Shown here piece after piece: positions 30,486 through 47,010 of a DNA stretch of 64,000 nt. The notes beneath the pieces were generated by a model. It searched no databases and had not been told where the DNA came from. It saw only the letters and a list, made by a program, of their open reading frames with translations. Position 1 is the stretch's first letter. Every line of letters starts with the position of its first letter. The position numbers were made by a program, and so were the translations under genes. The DNA is taken from assembly GCA_951406725.2 (NCBI GenBank), contig OX597836.1, positions 4,526,001 to 4,590,000 on the forward strand, in the 5' to 3' direction. This stretch comes from Octopus vulgaris (lineage: Eukaryota).

Positions 30486-32042
30486 GGTTTTCTTTTCATC
30501 TTGCAGTTTGCCTCGAACCTTCTCGCATCGTTCTGGCTTTACATTCCTCACAATGCTTCACAAAGTCTACCTCATAAATTTGTGTGTTTTTGTGTGTGTA
30601 ATCTTTCTGCTCTCTGCCCAACGCCATTGATTTTAACACGTTAATATACACGAAAGAGGCGGTCTAAAACGTGACCTACACCTATCCAGACTAACCCCAC
30701 CCATCGATTCTGATGGTAATTATTACACTCTTCAATTCCTGAATGTGTTTTAAGCTTCTATTTGTATTTAACACGAACTCGGGGTCTTTAAACATCTTCA
30801 AACATATTTGTGTAATTCTTTTGAAATTTCTCTTGTCTTTCTTTGCCTAGTTTGGTTTATAGCCATATTATTCCACATTGTCTGCCTCTCCTGTATAAGC
30901 TTATTGCCTTTCATGATATTAACGACATCGTGGACCCTAGTTTCCATAACAATTAGTTTCTCGCAATAACGTAAGTTTAAGTGTCCTGTTTCGCGGTTTC
31001 TCATCAAGGATTAATCTTCTTGCAGAATGCATTTTAAAAACGTTTACCACTGATTCAAGTACTCACTCAAAGCCTTTCAGCTTTTTGTATCCTAAGGTCT
31101 TTCTTTTATCTGCGCAGGTGAGCGCCTGGAGTATGTGTGGATGTGAATGAACGAAATTAATCTCACCAGTTTATGATAGTCTAGAAAGATCACGAGTAGT
31201 GTCTCTGCTCGCCTTCATATTTTAATTAAAAACCAAAAAAAATTTAATGTATGAAGACACGCTCAACTTTGTGGAGCATGATTACAATAGCGTTGGCGTG
31301 ACACGAAACCTGTATGCATTCGTCTGATAGACAAACCGCTCGAGCTCAATCGCTTCCGATTCATGATAAATAACCTGCAGCAAAAAAATATTCTCATTAA
31401 AACTTGGAATACTTGTCAGAAACGTGAAAGACACAGAAACATTTAATTAAAAGTCCCCTACCGCAAAGAAAATGCCAAATAACTTACAAATAACAAAAAA
31501 AAAAAAACAAACAATAAAAATAAGAGATAAAATAAAATGAAATGAACGCGGTAAAGCTGTTAAGAAATAAACTAAAAAAATTAACTCCATAACAAATTTG
31601 GAAGCCTGAATTTATTCCCAAAATTATCTTTTAATAAATCGAAATGGAATGTTTCCGATCAAATTTTTATCAGCCGAATTTTAAATAATTCCGTTATGAT
31701 GTATAATTTTCTTTTCATTCAATGTAATTTCATAATATTATTTTATAATTCGATGTTCTCCTAGCAGGTTTTTTAAACTACAGCCGCCAGTCATTTATTC
31801 GAAAGTATTTCAGAGTTAAATATTAAATGAAAACATGTATATCATACGTATATATGAACAAACATATATACATATATATGTGCGTGTATATTATACCGAT
31901 GCATCCGAGTGCATACGCAGTTATCACCATATATACATAGGTATAATTACCACAAAATGTTTGTGTATGCATATATATGTAGGTACGTAAGTGCGTATGC
32001 AATGTATATATCTACACACATACACACACAAACACACAAACA

Positions 32043-32076
<34 letters not shown>

Positions 32077-32090
32077 CATATATATATATT

Positions 32091-32146
<56 letters not shown>

Positions 32147-32166
32147 AAATATATATATATATATAT

Positions 32167-32215
<49 letters not shown>

Positions 32216-32574
32216 TATATATATATATTACAATCATTTAAGCCTATGCTTATATGTACACATATATAAATGCGTGTAATCCAAGGTAGCCTGTGGAATA
32301 TGAAAGCCACGTCTGTTGTAATGCATAAAGAGATGCTAAACTGCAGCACCTGATCGACAAAGCAAATGTTCGACACATAAATAAACTTCAGTATCTGACA
32401 TCAGATCCGTAAGTGTTTACATGAGAACCGGCATATATACTTATGTCTGGTTGAGAAAAATTTTGCTTCTCAAAAATAAAATGGCTTCAGATTCAATAAA
32501 ACTGCGTTGCAATTTGGCACCAAATTGAGGCTATAGCCTCGATATGATGAAAGCTTTCGTGTGTGGTATACAAG

Positions 32575-34467
32575 AAATTGAACGATAACCATTATCCACC
32601 CAAATGCCTTCTTTCATTACGCGAAAGAAACAGTCTCAGTGCACTACAAGATAGGACCCCTCCTCCAAAAGGATGGCTCCCTCACAAACAGTCCAACTAA
32701 GATCAGTGAGATGATGAATGACCACCCGTTGGAACACAGACAAGTGGACGAACCTGTGGATTTCTTTGCCGCCTCACCTATAACGTGCAAGGCGGTTACA
32801 ATAGAATGTATTGACATTAGCGAAACAGATGTCCTACTAGCCATAGATGAAGGGTACACAAACTCAGCTGCTGGTCCAGATGGTTTCCCAGCCATCCTCT
32901 TCAAAGCGTGAAGCATGCCCTGGAAAACCCCCTCAAGATTCTCTTCCAGAGCTTTCTTGCGAATGGCAAACTACCAAGCAAGCTGAAGGAGGGAATAATA
33001 TATCCAATACATAAAGGGGGGAGTAGAGCAGATGCCAAAAACTATAGGCCTATCTCTCTGACTTCACACATCAGCAAAGTCATTGAGCGGATAGTCAGAA
33101 AGAAACTAATCGCATTCTTTGAGGAAAATACCCAGCATGGTTTTCGACCAGGTAGGAGCTAACTGACCTAGCTCTTGCAACATTATGACTGGGTGTTGAG
33201 GCAGTTACTCAACAAATCAAATGTGGACGTAATCTACCTTGATTTTGCAAAAGCTTTTGACAAGGTGGATCATGGTATGATATGCCACAAACCGCGTGAA
33301 CTCGGCATAGCTGGAAAACTTGGAGCGTGGTTACATGACTTCCTGAAAGATAGGAGTCAGGCAGTAGTGGTTAATGGAGCCACCTCCATGAACACACAAA
33401 TAGTGAGCGGTGTTCCACAGGGCACTGTCTTGGGACCAGTGCTTTTTATAGTGGCCCTCTCAGATATGCCCTCAAATGCCCGGATATCCGCTCTGGCCAG
33501 CTATGCAGACGATACGAAAGTCTCGCAGAAAATACAGAACCCCAGCGATGTTGCACACCTGCAGCAGGAGTTGGACTCAATCTACAGATGGGCTGAGGAT
33601 AATAATATGCAGTTCAATGCTGAAAAATTCCAGGCCATGCGCTACTAGCATCCAAAACTTACAGGACACACCGGTCCACAAGGAATTTCAATCCTAGAGC
33701 CTAAGTCTGTGAGGGACCTGGGTATCGACATGACTGATGATACCTCTTTCCAAGTGCACATTACCGGGATGGCGACAAAGTGCAGACGACTGGCTGGATG
33801 GATCCTAAGAACATTCAGAACCAGAGATAAGGAAACCATGATGGTCCTCTGGCGGACATTCGTCCTCAGCCGCCTGGATTACTGCTCAGAGCTATGGTCA
33901 CCAACCAGTGTAAAATTAACAGCGGACCTTGAAGCAATCAAGAGAAGATTCACAAAGAAGATCGTCTCTTTGCAACATGTCAGCTACTGGGAATGGTTGA
34001 AACAGCTAAGACTCTACTCCCTGGAGAGAAGACGGGAGAGGTATGCAGTAATATATGTCTGGAAGATCCTGGAAGGAATTGTGCCAAATTTTGGTATTGT
34101 AAGCTACACTAATGCTAGAACGGGATGACACTACATAGTGCCAAAGAGCCCAGCAATGCCATCACGCTTCAGGACCAGCTTCCGCAACAGCCTGGGTTTC
34201 AAGGGCCCACAGCTTTTTAATATTCTCCCAAAGAGTATGAAGAACTTGCACAACGTAGATGTAGCGGTTTTTAAATCAAAGCTGGACATCTTCCTGTCAA
34301 GAGTCCCAGAAGAACCTACCTCACGGCAGGAGGTGCAAGTGAGAGTAGCTGTATCAATCTCCATTCTTCACCAAGTGCCACATATTAGACGAGGTTCTTC
34401 GTAATAACAGTGTAGCACAAAACGGCGGTGCATCAGCATAGCCGCAGCTCTGAGCTGAAACTAGAGA

Positions 34468-34478
<11 letters not shown>
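32575..34478 (+). mobile_element. 5'-truncated, degenerate CR1/Jockey-group LINE (RT domain and 3' end)
   Basis: AAGPDGFP, NYRPISLTS, QHGFRPGRS, YLDFAKAFDKVDH, SGVPQGTVLGP, YADDTK, LDYCS..W, YSLERRRERY. Stops and frameshifts present; ends in poly(A) then (TA)n. Confidence 0.9.
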
Positions 34479-34527
<49 letters not shown>

Positions 34528-34795
34528 GTATATATATATTATATATATATACGTATATATATATTAGATATATATATATTAGAAGATATATATATATATT
34601 AGAAGAAACTGGTTCGATTTGAAAACTCCATTAGAATGGGAGAAAGCGCTAATATATGATATATGATATAAGTTATATGATGTATAAAAAATGTAATATA
34701 CAAATAACTATCTGTAAATAGAAAACCATCCGAAAGTTCTGAGTACCTCATTTGTTCTAATATAAAATACTTGTACATCATCTCCAAACCGTCTA

Positions 34796-34864
<69 letters not shown>

Positions 34865-34987
34865 TATTGGCCTGCTTGCTTAGCCAGCGGGATGGCGTCA
34901 TTCGAAGGCTAAAACAATGCAAACGCATTGTGACGAGCGATGTGTAGCAACACCTGATGGCATGGTCGGTCACGTGAAAGAGTGAAA

Positions 34988-35080
<93 letters not shown>

Positions 35081-35109
35081 ATGTAAATATACATATATAT
35101 ATATATATG

Positions 35110-35153
<44 letters not shown>

Positions 35154-35809
35154 ACATATATATGTATACATATATATATACATATACAATATGAATGTAC
35201 GAGTGTATATATGGATGCATATCTGAATTGTAGACATAGTGTTGTATGCATATATTTAGGTATGGAATCTCTCTGGAAAGAGCTCAATGAAAAAAAAAAA
35301 AAGAATATACGAGCTTAAGTTTGTGAGCACGCTAAACCAAAGGAATTGCTTAAGGCCATCAAATATATTAATTTTATAGATGTTCGTAAAAATACAAAAT
35401 GTACTATGTAGAGAATGAATAACAGTTTAAAACTAATTCTAATATTGAGTGAAACCTATTGAAATATATATCGAAAAATTTATTGATTGCCGAAGGATAA
35501 TCTTCCTGTCATGCTTAAACTTTCTAGCTGTTTCGCTCACCAGGAAAACATTAGACACAAATCAAATGTTCCGAGTCTTTTGTTTGGTTTTGTTTGCCTA
35601 CGCTTCATGATCGTGGAGGATTACCTACCATGGAATATATATATAAGTGTGTGTGTGTGTATGTGTCTGTGTATGTATGTGTGTCTTTGTGTGTGTACTA
35701 CGTCTGTGAATACTTATACAATTCTGCCTACGGAAACAGAATGATTAAAATTATTTATAAGATACGCACAGGTGCTCGTGTAAATATCTATATACATCGA
35801 TGTGTACAT

Positions 35810-35876
<67 letters not shown>

Positions 35877-35886
35877 GATGTATACA

Positions 35887-35930
<44 letters not shown>

Positions 35931-36013
35931 ATATATATATATATATATATCCTTTTTTTAAAGCAGCAGAAAATAGGAGTCAGGCAGTAGTGGTTAATGG
36001 AGCCACCTCTATG

Positions 36014-36113
<100 letters not shown>

Positions 36114-36760
36114 CACGTACGTATGCATGTATGTATATATGTATATATGTGTTTACTTGTGTATTAGTATGTTTGAATTCAGAAATGTACTCGGTATGAA
36201 GAATGTCACATGTACTTTTAACATTTGCATTAGATGCCACTTACAAATGGTTGTTTTAAACGGAGTCGCTCACACACGTGTTGCACTTATGAAAATCTAG
36301 CTTTAATGTATGAAACTTAATAAACCAATAAATCTTCATTGAGTTATTATAGATTATTCAGTTCTTTCCGCGCAAAATTTTCCGTTATGAAATTTCTTCC
36401 TAAACAACTGTTTCTCCATTTGTAGTTTTTTCTTAACTTGATTGCCAAAACGCAGTTTCTCTCCTCACGAAGGTAAAGCTAGCAAACATTCTCCAATAAA
36501 GTACATACACATCAGGTTATCGCGTTAATTTTCTCAGTCCCAAAACGTGCTTCGTTATTTTGTCAACCTGCAACGAGAAGGTTCAATGGCGGCGTTTGAA
36601 ATCAGACACAAGGAACAAAGCAATGAGGCAATGGGTTTACTCGAACTCTAACAAATTACTGCTTAAACTATAAATATAAATACGATATCATCATTAAATA
36701 TTTCACCACACTTACACACATACACGCACACATGTATGTGTGTGTATACGAACACACACA

Positions 36761-36811
<51 letters not shown>

Positions 36812-37130
36812 GAAACACTCCTGTCACAACCTGGGGCCTTGAAGACTGCTTTAATCAAGAAAGTATACTAGTCCCTTAACATTTTATATTCAATATTTCA
36901 TCTATTCAATAAGATAATCAAATACTACATTTCATTTTAATATATATATATTAGTTATACTATATATTCTATATTCTACATTAATATTATAAAGGATATA
37001 AATGAAACAAAAAAAAAGTTGGAATTTTTAAAATAATATATATACATATATATATGTATATAATTACATATATGCATATATATAAATATATATATATACA
37101 CACATACATACGAATATATACATACATATA

Positions 37131-37188
<58 letters not shown>

Positions 37189-37313
37189 AGATGTGTCTAT
37201 TAATGTGTGTCTATTAATCATACACGACTTGACTAATACACATTGTACAAATATGTGTATGAATATGTACACACACTATCGCAGATAGATATGCGGATAT
37301 ATATGTATATGGT

Positions 37314-37344
<31 letters not shown>

Positions 37345-37706
37345 GTGTATGTATGCATGCATGCATTTATGTATCTAAACACACAGAGACACAAAGGAGA
37401 TGGAGAATCAAATATGAGTGAGGGGTGTGAAAAAAATGTATTATAAAATTATCGATAACAATTCAATTATTGATTTAGCACTAATAGAATTCCTATAATT
37501 AAGTAGATGAAAATGAAATTGATACTTTATTTTCATTTTGCCTATTTTACTTCTCTGATATATTTTATCACAATTTCGAAATCTTATCTTTGCATAAATA
37601 TATTTCTTGTATTATGCTATAAATATTTACAGTTTGTTTTTCTGCTGCATCGATAATTTTAAGGAATGTTGTCATCGTAATCCCTTGTACAAACTCACTC
37701 TCTTCA

Positions 37707-38017
<311 letters not shown>

Positions 38018-38179
38018 TATATATGTCTTTCTCTCACTCTCTCTTTCTCTCTATCTATCTATCTAGCTCGTTCTCTCTCTATATCTCTATGTATTCATCT
38101 ATCTGTCATTCGCCATGATAGATCGCCAGCTACTACACGTTTTTTTTTCTATTTTCTCTCGCTGATAACTACTGTGTTC

Positions 38180-38215
38180 CTTTCTGTTGAAGAGCTTAGG
38201 CTCGAAACGTAAAAG
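38180..38215 (+). ncRNA. Minimal hammerhead-like motif in a solo PLE pseudo-LTR fragment (about 38110-38265)
   Basis: CUUU-CUGUUGA-AGAGC uuag GCUC-GAAA-CG-UA-AAAG; A6U core variant. Confidence 0.55.
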
Positions 38216-38344
38216 ACTTTCTCGTTTCCCGATCGTTAAACTAATGCATCTGTTTGTTGTGAATATATATATATATATTATTTATATTATTTATATTAAG
38301 ACATATATATTATTATATGCATATACAGTATATATCTATCAATG

Positions 38345-38375
<31 letters not shown>

Positions 38376-38885
38376 ATGTATATGTATGTATTAATGTATG
38401 TGTTTGTGTGTATATGACGAGTGATATGTCGATGCACTTTTGATGTAATATACTGAGGTGAATCACAAAATAATCTATGTATTAGATAATCGCTTTTCAC
38501 CTAAGAGTTTTAGCTCATCTAAGCGAAGTTTCTAATAACGAGGTGAGCAGTATGCATACACACACATACACACACACACACATATATATATATACATATA
38601 TATATACATATATATATATATATATGTTTGTGTGTGCGCGCCTGTATGTGCGTGTTGATTATGTTGTATACGTAGGTCGAACATAAACGCACACATCATA
38701 AAATCTTCACATTTGCATGCATACCTAGTTATGTATTTATCGATTTTTCTCACATTTAGTCATTCTTTGCCAGTCTCTCTGTCTCTTTATCCCCCTCTCT
38801 CTGTAAGTGTACACACACAAATGCACATGCATATATATATGCACATTTACATGTATGTATGTATGTATATATGTATGTATGTGTA

Positions 38886-38942
<57 letters not shown>

Positions 38943-39179
38943 GTATATATATATACATATATATATACACATACATTCATATATACATACATACATTGAA
39001 CAGCCACTTGTGATGCGAAACTCCAGATTGATCCAGGAGATTGTGTACGCGTTGATAGAGAATCGCATGAGAACCACGAACATACTTCAACATTACTCGG
39101 ATGGTCTCTATATAATCCTTCATCCTTTAATTCTTTTATACTTTTCAGGCCAAACGTTATGGCCAATCTGGGGCATGGT

Positions 39180-39670
39180 TTCTCTCATCCCTTTTTCTGT
39201 GGCCATTCTCATGTAGGTGACTTTTGGTGAAGGAGGGAATTTGATACGGCTAACTGTAATTTCTTACTGTGATGTCGCCTCATCTGGGATCCCGGACTGC
39301 GGCAGAATGGCAAATGGCTTCTTGAAAGAATCTACCCATATAACATTTTAGCAAGATATTTAAGTAAGCGTGGTCCTCTGGATCTTAATGTATTGCGGTG
39401 CCTGGTTCTTAATCTCGATCGCGCAGTCTGGACAGGAGACAAGACAAGAGTGTCTCTCGTTGCCAAATTTTGGTGTCAAACCTTTTACACAATTCCGTAT
39501 GTATATCAGCGTGCATCTGTCCTAGTTTAACTCTTCAGAATAGAGTTGTAATTCAGGCTTCCCCAGTGGACCACGTCTTTCATTGATGCAATTCTCTTGG
39601 GGGTAGCGCTACCAAATTGCCTCGAGCTCTGCTATTTATTTGACACTGTGAGGTGACCGCCGTTGAGAGT
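39180..39670 (-). mobile_element. Old, heavily decayed 3' fragment of a CR1-like LINE
   Basis: Minus-strand remnants LQLYS, IYI, PKFG, GPRL, IPDE.TSQ are colinear with 33900-34400. Confidence 0.55.
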
Positions 39671-40125
39671 TATACATTTTCATATATCTATGTATAAGTC
39701 TGTTTGTATCTGTGTCCGTCTCTGAATTCATTGCGAATGAGTATCTATGTAAATTTGACTCGTTTTTATTTAACAAAAGACAAAAATGCCAAAAATATTT
39801 TTAATAATTTTAAGAAAAAAATTTACATCTCTATCCGTTTTTTTTTTTCTTTTTGTACACTTCAATCTCAATACCAGCTGAAATATTCCGCAGTAAAACA
39901 TGTCTATTTCTATAAGCAATATTTTATGTCGAGCATATTTATAAAATTTTATTGACGAACAGTCAAATAAACCACTTGTGTTATTTTCTATTTCCTCTTA
40001 CTTATCTTGATGTACGGTTTGATGCTATGAATAGAACGAATGATATACGAGAAATCCATACGGACTCCTTTTAACCAGAGAAAATGGGATTTTTTTTTTC
40101 ACTGCATTGTGCCAACAGCTAGCAG

Positions 40126-40158
<33 letters not shown>

Positions 40159-40172
40159 TGCTATATAATACA

Positions 40173-40223
<51 letters not shown>

Positions 40224-40666
40224 TATAGGTACAAATATGTAATGTGTATGAATATGTGTAATATATATATATATACATGTATATATGTTTATGTATGTGT
40301 ATATATATATATATGTGTGTGTATACATATGTATACACATATATACATATGTATAACACATATAGATACATATATGTATACATATGTATATATATATATA
40401 TATATATATCCTTTAAATTTTGTATCGTGCAATTCTATAAACAATGTCATCGTTGGACTTGAACGGATTTTTGACTTTTCGCGCTTTCCTTAATTGATTC
40501 GCTCTGGTTACCGTGCAATGTGAGCTAGACAAATCCCACGGTATGTAACTTTCCACTTCATTCAAAAGCAGATACGTTTGGGGATTATTGGCCGATTTCA
40601 TATTTATCTATTATATATGTCTGAATATCTATCTATCTATCTATCTATCAATCTATCTATCAATCA

Positions 40667-40718
<52 letters not shown>

Positions 40719-40733
40719 GTCTGTCTGTCTGTA

Positions 40734-40769
<36 letters not shown>

Positions 40770-40799
40770 AGTCTGTCAGTCTGTCTGTCTGTCTGTCTT

Positions 40800-40878
<79 letters not shown>

Positions 40879-41978
40879 GTCTGTCTATCTGTCTATCTAT
40901 CTATCTGTCTATCTATCTAGCTATCTATCTATTTATCTATGGCCAAAGGAAGGGATGAAAACAGTGAATGATCTAAACTAGTGTAAGCAAGCGTGTGTAT
41001 GGAGGAATGGTGTGTATGAGGAGGGAGGGCAAACACTTGTTCATGTATGTGCGACCGAGCTTAAGATTATGAAAGCCTCTGTGTGCATATAGGAACGTGT
41101 TTGTTTGTGCATGTGTATAAGTAAAACAGGACGGGTACTCTACGAAGTTATGTGGGTTCTGTGTATTTATGTGTGTATGGGCGTGTGCATATGTGTGAGA
41201 GTGATAGAGACAGTGCACGGTATGTGTGTGTATTTCTATTAGATGTGTGTTTGTGTGTGTGTTTGCAAACGCATGTGTTTAGCAGTTAATGTATGTTTGT
41301 GCGAGTAGCGTGTCTACGTTTGTGTATGTGTGAGTGTTTGTGAATGAAGGGTGTGTCCGTGACTCATGTGTGTGTATAACACCATAGTGTTATCGTGTGT
41401 ATTAAAAATTGTATGTGTTTTGTGTTTGTCTGTGTGTGTATTTCGTGTTGTGAGCGTGTGTTTATGGTGTGAATATTATGTGTGCATGTGCTTGTGTATA
41501 TATGTGAGCGAGTGTAGTCATCGTTAACAGCTGGGGATAAAATGCAGTGGACGTGTGTGGTCAGTTTCTTTCGAGCAAGTTCCCCTCATAAGAACGCGTT
41601 ATGGAAGGTGTCTGCCACTGAATTTCCTTCGCAATGGTATCGCATCCGAATCTTTGCAATTTTTCAAATTAATATATTCCCTACATAAGCATTCTTGCTC
41701 CGTGGTGTATAATTTTATGGTGTAGGACTTCAAAACAGCTTCGCACCTAAACCATATCATTGCATATCCCCAATGCGTGTTTTATCTTTCATAGCATATT
41801 CATGTCATGATTTCATGAATTTGCTTGAATACGATAGGATATTATAATTCTTCGATTCGATTGCATTTACGATATTTCCTTCAGCAATCTGAAATCCTTA
41901 GATATCATATGTCTGTGTTTGTGTGTGTGTGAGTGTGTGTGTGTCTACATATAAGTGTATATGTGTGTCTACATATAA

Positions 41979-42036
<58 letters not shown>

Positions 42037-42052
42037 CTATATCTATCTATGC

Positions 42053-42172
<120 letters not shown>

Positions 42173-42504
42173 ATATATATATATATATACATATAACCCC
42201 ATATGTCTATGTATATGTATACGTATATATGTATATTTGAAAGTGTACCAGAATTATTTAATACGGTTTTTGATGTGTAAAGCTGATTTTTCTCTTAGAA
42301 AATAATGTTGTGAAATCATTGATGAGGATGTTATTAACCCTTTTCGTGAAGACGTTTTCTATTTCGTACGTGTGAGCGCTTTCGTTAAACCATTTCAAAC
42401 ACTCGTGCTATTATATGATTAAAAGTCTTTATGAAAATTACTTCATAAAGTTATTACAGGCGGCCCGGTTTCGATTCCCGGCATGGAAACGTTTACTTCA
42501 CAGG

Positions 42505-42635
42505 TGCTTGAGTGACTGTGGGGTAAGCTTACCAACCACATGTTTCCGGGTTCGGTCCTACTGCGCCGCACATTGGACAAGTGTTTTCTACTATAGCTTC
42601 GGGTCGACCAAAGCCTTGTGAGCAGATTTAAATCG
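42505..42635 (+). mobile_element. SINE family A head fragment
   Basis: gtgactgtggggtaagcttaccaaccacatg...ggacaagtgttttctactatagc. Confidence 0.65.
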
Positions 42636-43201
42636 GTGTATATATGTGCGTATGTGCATTTTCATATATGAATATGTGTGTGTATTTACAAAGGAAAGGA
42701 TTTATAATTGCAATTTTATACGCGTGTGTATGCTTCTTTTAGTGTATGTATGTATGTATGTATGTATGTATGTATGTATGTATGCATGTATGTACGTACG
42801 TAAGCATGTCTATATGTATGTATGTATGCATGTATGCATGTATGTATGCATATACGTATAAATATATGCATGAATGTATGTATGTCAATCTAAATACAGT
42901 GTTGAAATATAAAACATCGGCTGTCATCTTGTAGAGGAAGGGCATTTATATCTTTCGTTTTGGGAGAAAGACTTGGCGATGCAGACTTTTCGCCTATAAG
43001 CATGCGCGCTGGTGTGAATTCGCGAGAGCATGAGTGTGTGTGTCTGTGTGTTTGTGTGTGTGTGTTTACGTCGTAGAGCATCCATGCACACACACACACA
43101 TACACATGCCCACATACACACACATACAAATGTACATACATATATGTGTGTATATATATATATATGTATGTATTGTATACATATATATGCATAGTGTTAT
43201 A

Positions 43202-43239
<38 letters not shown>

Positions 43240-43556
43240 TATGTATATATACATATACACATACATATATGTACACACATACATACACTCCCCGCACACA
43301 CATATATATATGTATATATTGTCTGTATGTGCGCATACATATATATATGTAAAGTAAGTGTCTTACTGAAGCTAGTAAACTTTACACATTTATATGTATT
43401 TCCCCGTAAGTATGTATGCATGCATGTATGCTTGTATATATGCGTGTATGTATGCGTGTATGTATTGATGTATACATGTATGAATGTACGTATGTGTGTA
43501 TGTATGCATGTATATATGTTTGAATGTATGTATGTATGTATGTATGTATGTATGTA

Positions 43557-43620
<64 letters not shown>

Positions 43621-44069
43621 GGTGTCTGTGTATATAAGTTTCGTTTACATCAGTAACTTCGCATGTTTAACCGTTCGAAGGCTGTATACATACATTTGCT
43701 TTACAAGTGTATATACACGTGAGCGCCATTATTCAATAGAACTCCAAACTACATCATTCCATAGAATCTTCCACGGAAGAACAAACACAATTCATAAAGT
43801 TCCAATGGAAGTCTCCCAAAAGATGATTCTGTCAACTCGGTTTCCTATGAGTGAGCAGAGATTTGTCTTCCACGCCTCACCTGCCATACTTCCATGATGA
43901 TGCTGTTGGGAGGTGATGAAGAAGAAAAATAACAAGTGTCGGTCTCAGATGTGTTTACCATCATAACGTATCTGGCAAGGTTACAGGAAGAGAGAAAGAG
44001 AGACAGAGAGACAGAGAGACAGAGAGACAGAGAGGGTGGGGGAGAAAGAGAAAGGAATCAATGAAGCTG

Positions 44070-44225
44070 TTGATGATGATGATGATGATGATGATGATGA
44101 CGGTGAGGTTGGCGACAGTGATATTTACAAAATAATGATGAGGATGATGACGCTTGTAATAATGGCCATGTTTGGTGGTAGCTGCAATAACGATGCTGGT
44201 CGACACGAGGGAGGATCACTGTCAC

Positions 44226-44274
<49 letters not shown>

Positions 44275-44920
44275 GTGAAGATGACGACGATGATGATGAT
44301 CATGATGATGAAGATGGTGATGATGATGATGATGATGATAATGATGACGACGATGGTGATGATGATGATGGTGATGCTGGTGATGGTGGTGGTGGTTGTG
44401 GTGACGACGATAATGAGGAGGGCGAAGAGGAGGGGAAGGAGATGATGATGATGGTTATGATGACGATGATGATGAGGGAGAGGAGGAAGCAGAAAGGGAT
44501 AATGATGATGATGATGAAGTAATGATGATGGTCATCATCATGGTTGCAATGGTGATGATGATGATGATGATGATGATGATGGTGATGGTGATAGCGAAGA
44601 TGATAATGATGATGATGAGGAGGAGGAGAAGGAGGAGGCGGAGGGAGGATCACGACTACGACGATGATGGTGATGGTGATCTCGGCTGTGACGGTGATGA
44701 TGATGGTGATGAACATGAGAAAAGTGTTTGCTGTATTTATGGTGCTAATAACGCTGATAAGGATGCTGGTGATAATGATGATGATGTTGATAACGATGAG
44801 TCGATAGCAGTGATGATGACGACGACGATAGCAATAATACACGATGATGATCATAATGATGATGACGATGATGATGATGACCATGGTCAAGTTGGTGATG
44901 GTGGTGGTGATGATGATGGA
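44070..44920. repeat. Degenerate (GAT)n/(GGT)n/(GAG)n microsatellite
   Basis: Directly visible; source of the poly-D/M/H pseudo-ORFs. Confidence 0.95.
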
Positions 44921-46494
44921 TGTGTGTCAACAGAGAACGCTGGATGAATAATTTAGTTGAGGAAGGAAGGATTTCTTCTCTAAGTAACCTCTCCGATTGA
45001 AAATCTCCCTGCACTTCCTTACTATAAAACATCTTAAAACACATATCTCCAACAGACCTGAAATGCTTCATCAACGGGCCCAAAGTATATTTCACACACA
45101 TGATATATTCCATGCTGGTTTTCTACAGTTAATAAAGGCCCTATGATTTAATGGACCTGGCTACATTCGCCTTAATTCAACTCAAGGCCATTCAAATAGT
45201 AATTTACTCCTAGTCGTATGGGGAAAACGTTCGTCTCTATGATTTACATAGGTCTCAAAACCGAGATTATTTATAGCCTCTGAAACGACATTATTTGGTA
45301 TTAGTGACTAACGCTAAGCTTCCATCTTTCAGGAGTTCTGTTATCAAGTTTATCTATCATTTTCTTGAAATATTAATGGTCGATATATTTTACATTGTAT
45401 GTATATATTATTGATGCTGAATTCATTTCTCCTAATAATCTGTTAATATTCACCGACGCAGGTATAACTGTTCGAAAATGACTTCCACTTCAAAACTATA
45501 TGTATTCTGGTGTGTGATTATAGCTTAAATATATTCCACCAAAGCCTGAAATGGACCATTGCTATATAATCCTTTGAGAACGATTATATATGCAGATATC
45601 TCCTGTTCGGAAAGGTTTTGGCAACCTGGGATTATATATCTATACAGCTAATGGTAAAATGATCACATGATTCGAGTAAGAACTCATTCGTATTCATGGA
45701 TTGCAGTATACACACAGGAGGTAATTCGCTGTTCATTGGTAACACTTGGTCACATATAAATTCAAATGATTCCGTTGAAAATGGATTGTTCAAATAGAAT
45801 TTTGAACAACGACTGCGGTTTATGACAGCATTTTAGGAAAGTTGTTTAGTGAGAATTTGTTTGTTTGATGACATTTCGTTCGAGTCATTTTCAGCAGTTT
45901 CGCATTTATAATTTAAAATTCTGCATTCGATTATATTATCTTTGAGCGACAATGTGAGATGATTTAAAATATGAAGCTCTTTCAAAATAGTTTCATTTGT
46001 TATCGCCGTCGTCGTCGTCGTTGTGGATAACGTGCTCGTCAGCGATAGAATCTTCGTCGTCATCGATATCTTCATTCATCTAATTGATATCATCATCTTC
46101 ATCCCAGTTGTGGATTCTGCGTTGTAGTGTATCTTCTATGTTTTCTTATGTAACAAGATCCTTCACAAATAATGTCCATTTGAATGAGTTATTAAAAATT
46201 TGCGTTCATAATAAGCTTCAGTATGAGACTCTGTTGATGGGCATACAAATACAAATGAATATATATTCCCATCTCGCTATTAGACTCCGCCCATGCTGGG
46301 GCACCGCCTTGGAATACTTATAGTCGAAGAATTCAACACAAGTTTTAAAATTTAAAGTCTCGTGCTTATTCCATCAGTGTCTTTTGCCTAACCGCTAGGT
46401 TGCGGGGACGTAAGCACACCAACATATGCTTTCAAATGGTGATGAGGGTTAAACGCAGATACGATGTACCATACAAACGTATATATGTATATAC

Positions 46495-46917
46495 TCTTTT
46501 ACTCTTTTACTCTTTTACTTGTTTCAGTCATTTGACTGCGGCCATGCTGGAGCACCGCCTTTAGACGAGCAAATCGACCCCGGGACTTATTCTTTGTAAG
46601 CCCAGTACTTATTCTATCGGTCTCTTTTGCCGAACCGCTAAGTGACGGGGACGTAAACACATCAGCATCGGTTGTCAAGCAATGCTAGGAGGACAAACAC
46701 AGACACACACACATACATACATACATATATATATTATATATATACATATATACGACAGGATTCTTTCAGTTTCCGTCTACCAAATCCACTCACAAGGCAT
46801 TGGTCGGCCCGGGGCTATAGCAGAAGACACTTGCCCAAGAGGCCACGCAGTGGGACTGAACCCGGAACCATGTGGTTGGTTAGCAAGCTACTTACCACAC
46901 AGCCACTCCTGCGCCTA
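46495..46917 (-). mobile_element. Full-length SINE family A
   Basis: Reverse complement of the 16930 element; (AAAAGAGT)n tail. Confidence 0.85.
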
Positions 46918-46966
46918 TATACACACATATACATATATACATGTGCGTGTGTGACTTTGTATCTGC

Positions 46967-47010
<44 letters not shown>

